A stretch of 64,000 bases of DNA from IMG/VR virus record IMGVR_UViG_3300040735_000039. One strand, 5' to 3'. A program made the translations under genes and the position numbers. This stretch comes from an uncultured virus (IMG/VR IMGVR_UViG_3300040735_000039) (taxonomy: Duplodnaviria > Heunggongvirae > Uroviricota > Caudoviricetes). Shown in pieces: positions 63,384-64,000 of this stretch (the stretch's first letter is position 1; each line of letters starts with the position of its first letter). The notes under the pieces are model-generated. The model made no database searches and was not told where the DNA came from. It saw only the letters and a program-made list of their open reading frames with translations.

Positions 63384-63821
63384 TTAATCCGTTTCCTTTT
63401 TTCGGCCATAGGTTTTCCGGGCTTCTTCCTTACACTTCAAATAAGCCTTCATAACCGCTTCAAAAAAAGCATCCTTGGCTTCCTGATCCAGGGCTCCGCC
63501 AGCAAACAAAGCCACGTTTTGCTCCAGAAGAACATCCATCTCTTTGGCTGCCTTTGGCCCCAGCCGTTCACGAGCTTCCTCAATGTAGGGAGCTTTTTCT
63601 ATGCCGTATTTGGGGTCTGTGATCTCATCATTGAGCAGATAGTCTACGGATACCTGAAGAGCCGCAGCCAGCTTTCTGGCGATATTTCCACGAGGCTTGG
63701 TGTCCGTCGTTTCGTATGCAGCAATAGAACGTTTGGAAACACCGACAAGCTCACCCAGTTGCTGCTGATTGAGCTTCAATTCCTCCCGAGCTTCTTTGAT
63801 CTTCTCTGAGAAAGTTTTCAT
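63384..63821 (-). CDS. XRE-family HTH repressor
   Basis: FSEKIKEAREELKLNQQQLGELVGVSKRSIAAYE...VSVDYL. Confidence 0.92.
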   Translation of the reverse strand: MKTFSEKIKEAREELKLNQQQLGELVGVSKRSIAAYETTDTKPRGNIARKLAAALQVSVDYLLNDEITDPKYGIEKAPYIEEARERLGPKAAKEMDVLLEQNVALFAGGALDQEAKDAFFEAVMKAYLKCKEEARKTYGRKKETD

Positions 63822-63845
63822 TTCCTTGCCTCCCGTAATGAATAT

Positions 63846-63944
63846 AACTTCAACAACTTCAATTTTGTATTGACTATTCTTCATTAGCCTGTTAATATTA
63901 AGCTACAAGATGAAGTTAACTTCATTATACCTTTACAAACTTCA
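63846..63944. promoter_or_regulatory. Operator array in a divergent promoter region
   Basis: AACTTCA at 63846, 63855, 63918 and 63938; palindrome ATGAAGTTAACTTCAT at 63910-63925; TTGACT-17-TAATAT at 63870-63898. Confidence 0.65.
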
Positions 63945-64000
63945 TCTGTCAACGAGGAAATTAAAGAAACCCTTGGAAGGAGTGGCTTTTTATGAGTAAG

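Noticed and set aside
1..64000. tRNA or rRNA genes
   Set aside because: None recognised by eye; tRNAscan-SE or Infernal would be needed to confirm absence

Overview
Clostridia-like (Bacillota) chromosomal window, judged from gene content and AGGAGG ribosome-binding sites. It is built around a type I restriction-modification operon on the minus strand (HTH regulator-hsdM-hsdS-[nitroreductase pseudogene, tyrosine recombinase, spare TRD cassettes]-hsdR). The operon appears to be controlled by two separate DNA rearrangements. (1) An apparently complete ~50.2 kb siphovirus-like prophage (9263-59459) with two large serine recombinases is inserted at a GA dinucleotide inside the Asp codon of the HsdM SAM-binding motif I (YD|PCCGSGG). 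Its two ends rebuild a 26+2+26 bp quasi-palindromic attP, and precise excision rebuilds an in-frame 500-aa hsdM. (2) hsdS is a four-site shufflon whose recombination site reads N-H-H-L in one orientation and K-stop-stop in the other. The prophage carries its own methylation/defence cargo: a controller HTH, a tandem two-domain methyltransferase and a convergent HNH nuclease; a TcmP/radical-SAM/GIY-YIG operon; MetK between two orphan methyltransferases; and a glycosylase-like gene at the right end. It also has two classes of triplicated promoter-like motif, each with one copy upstream of the recombinase module. Right of the prophage are an IS30-family element with a 13-bp target duplication and an XRE/ImmA module. 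Product names come from motif recognition and synteny, not database searches.
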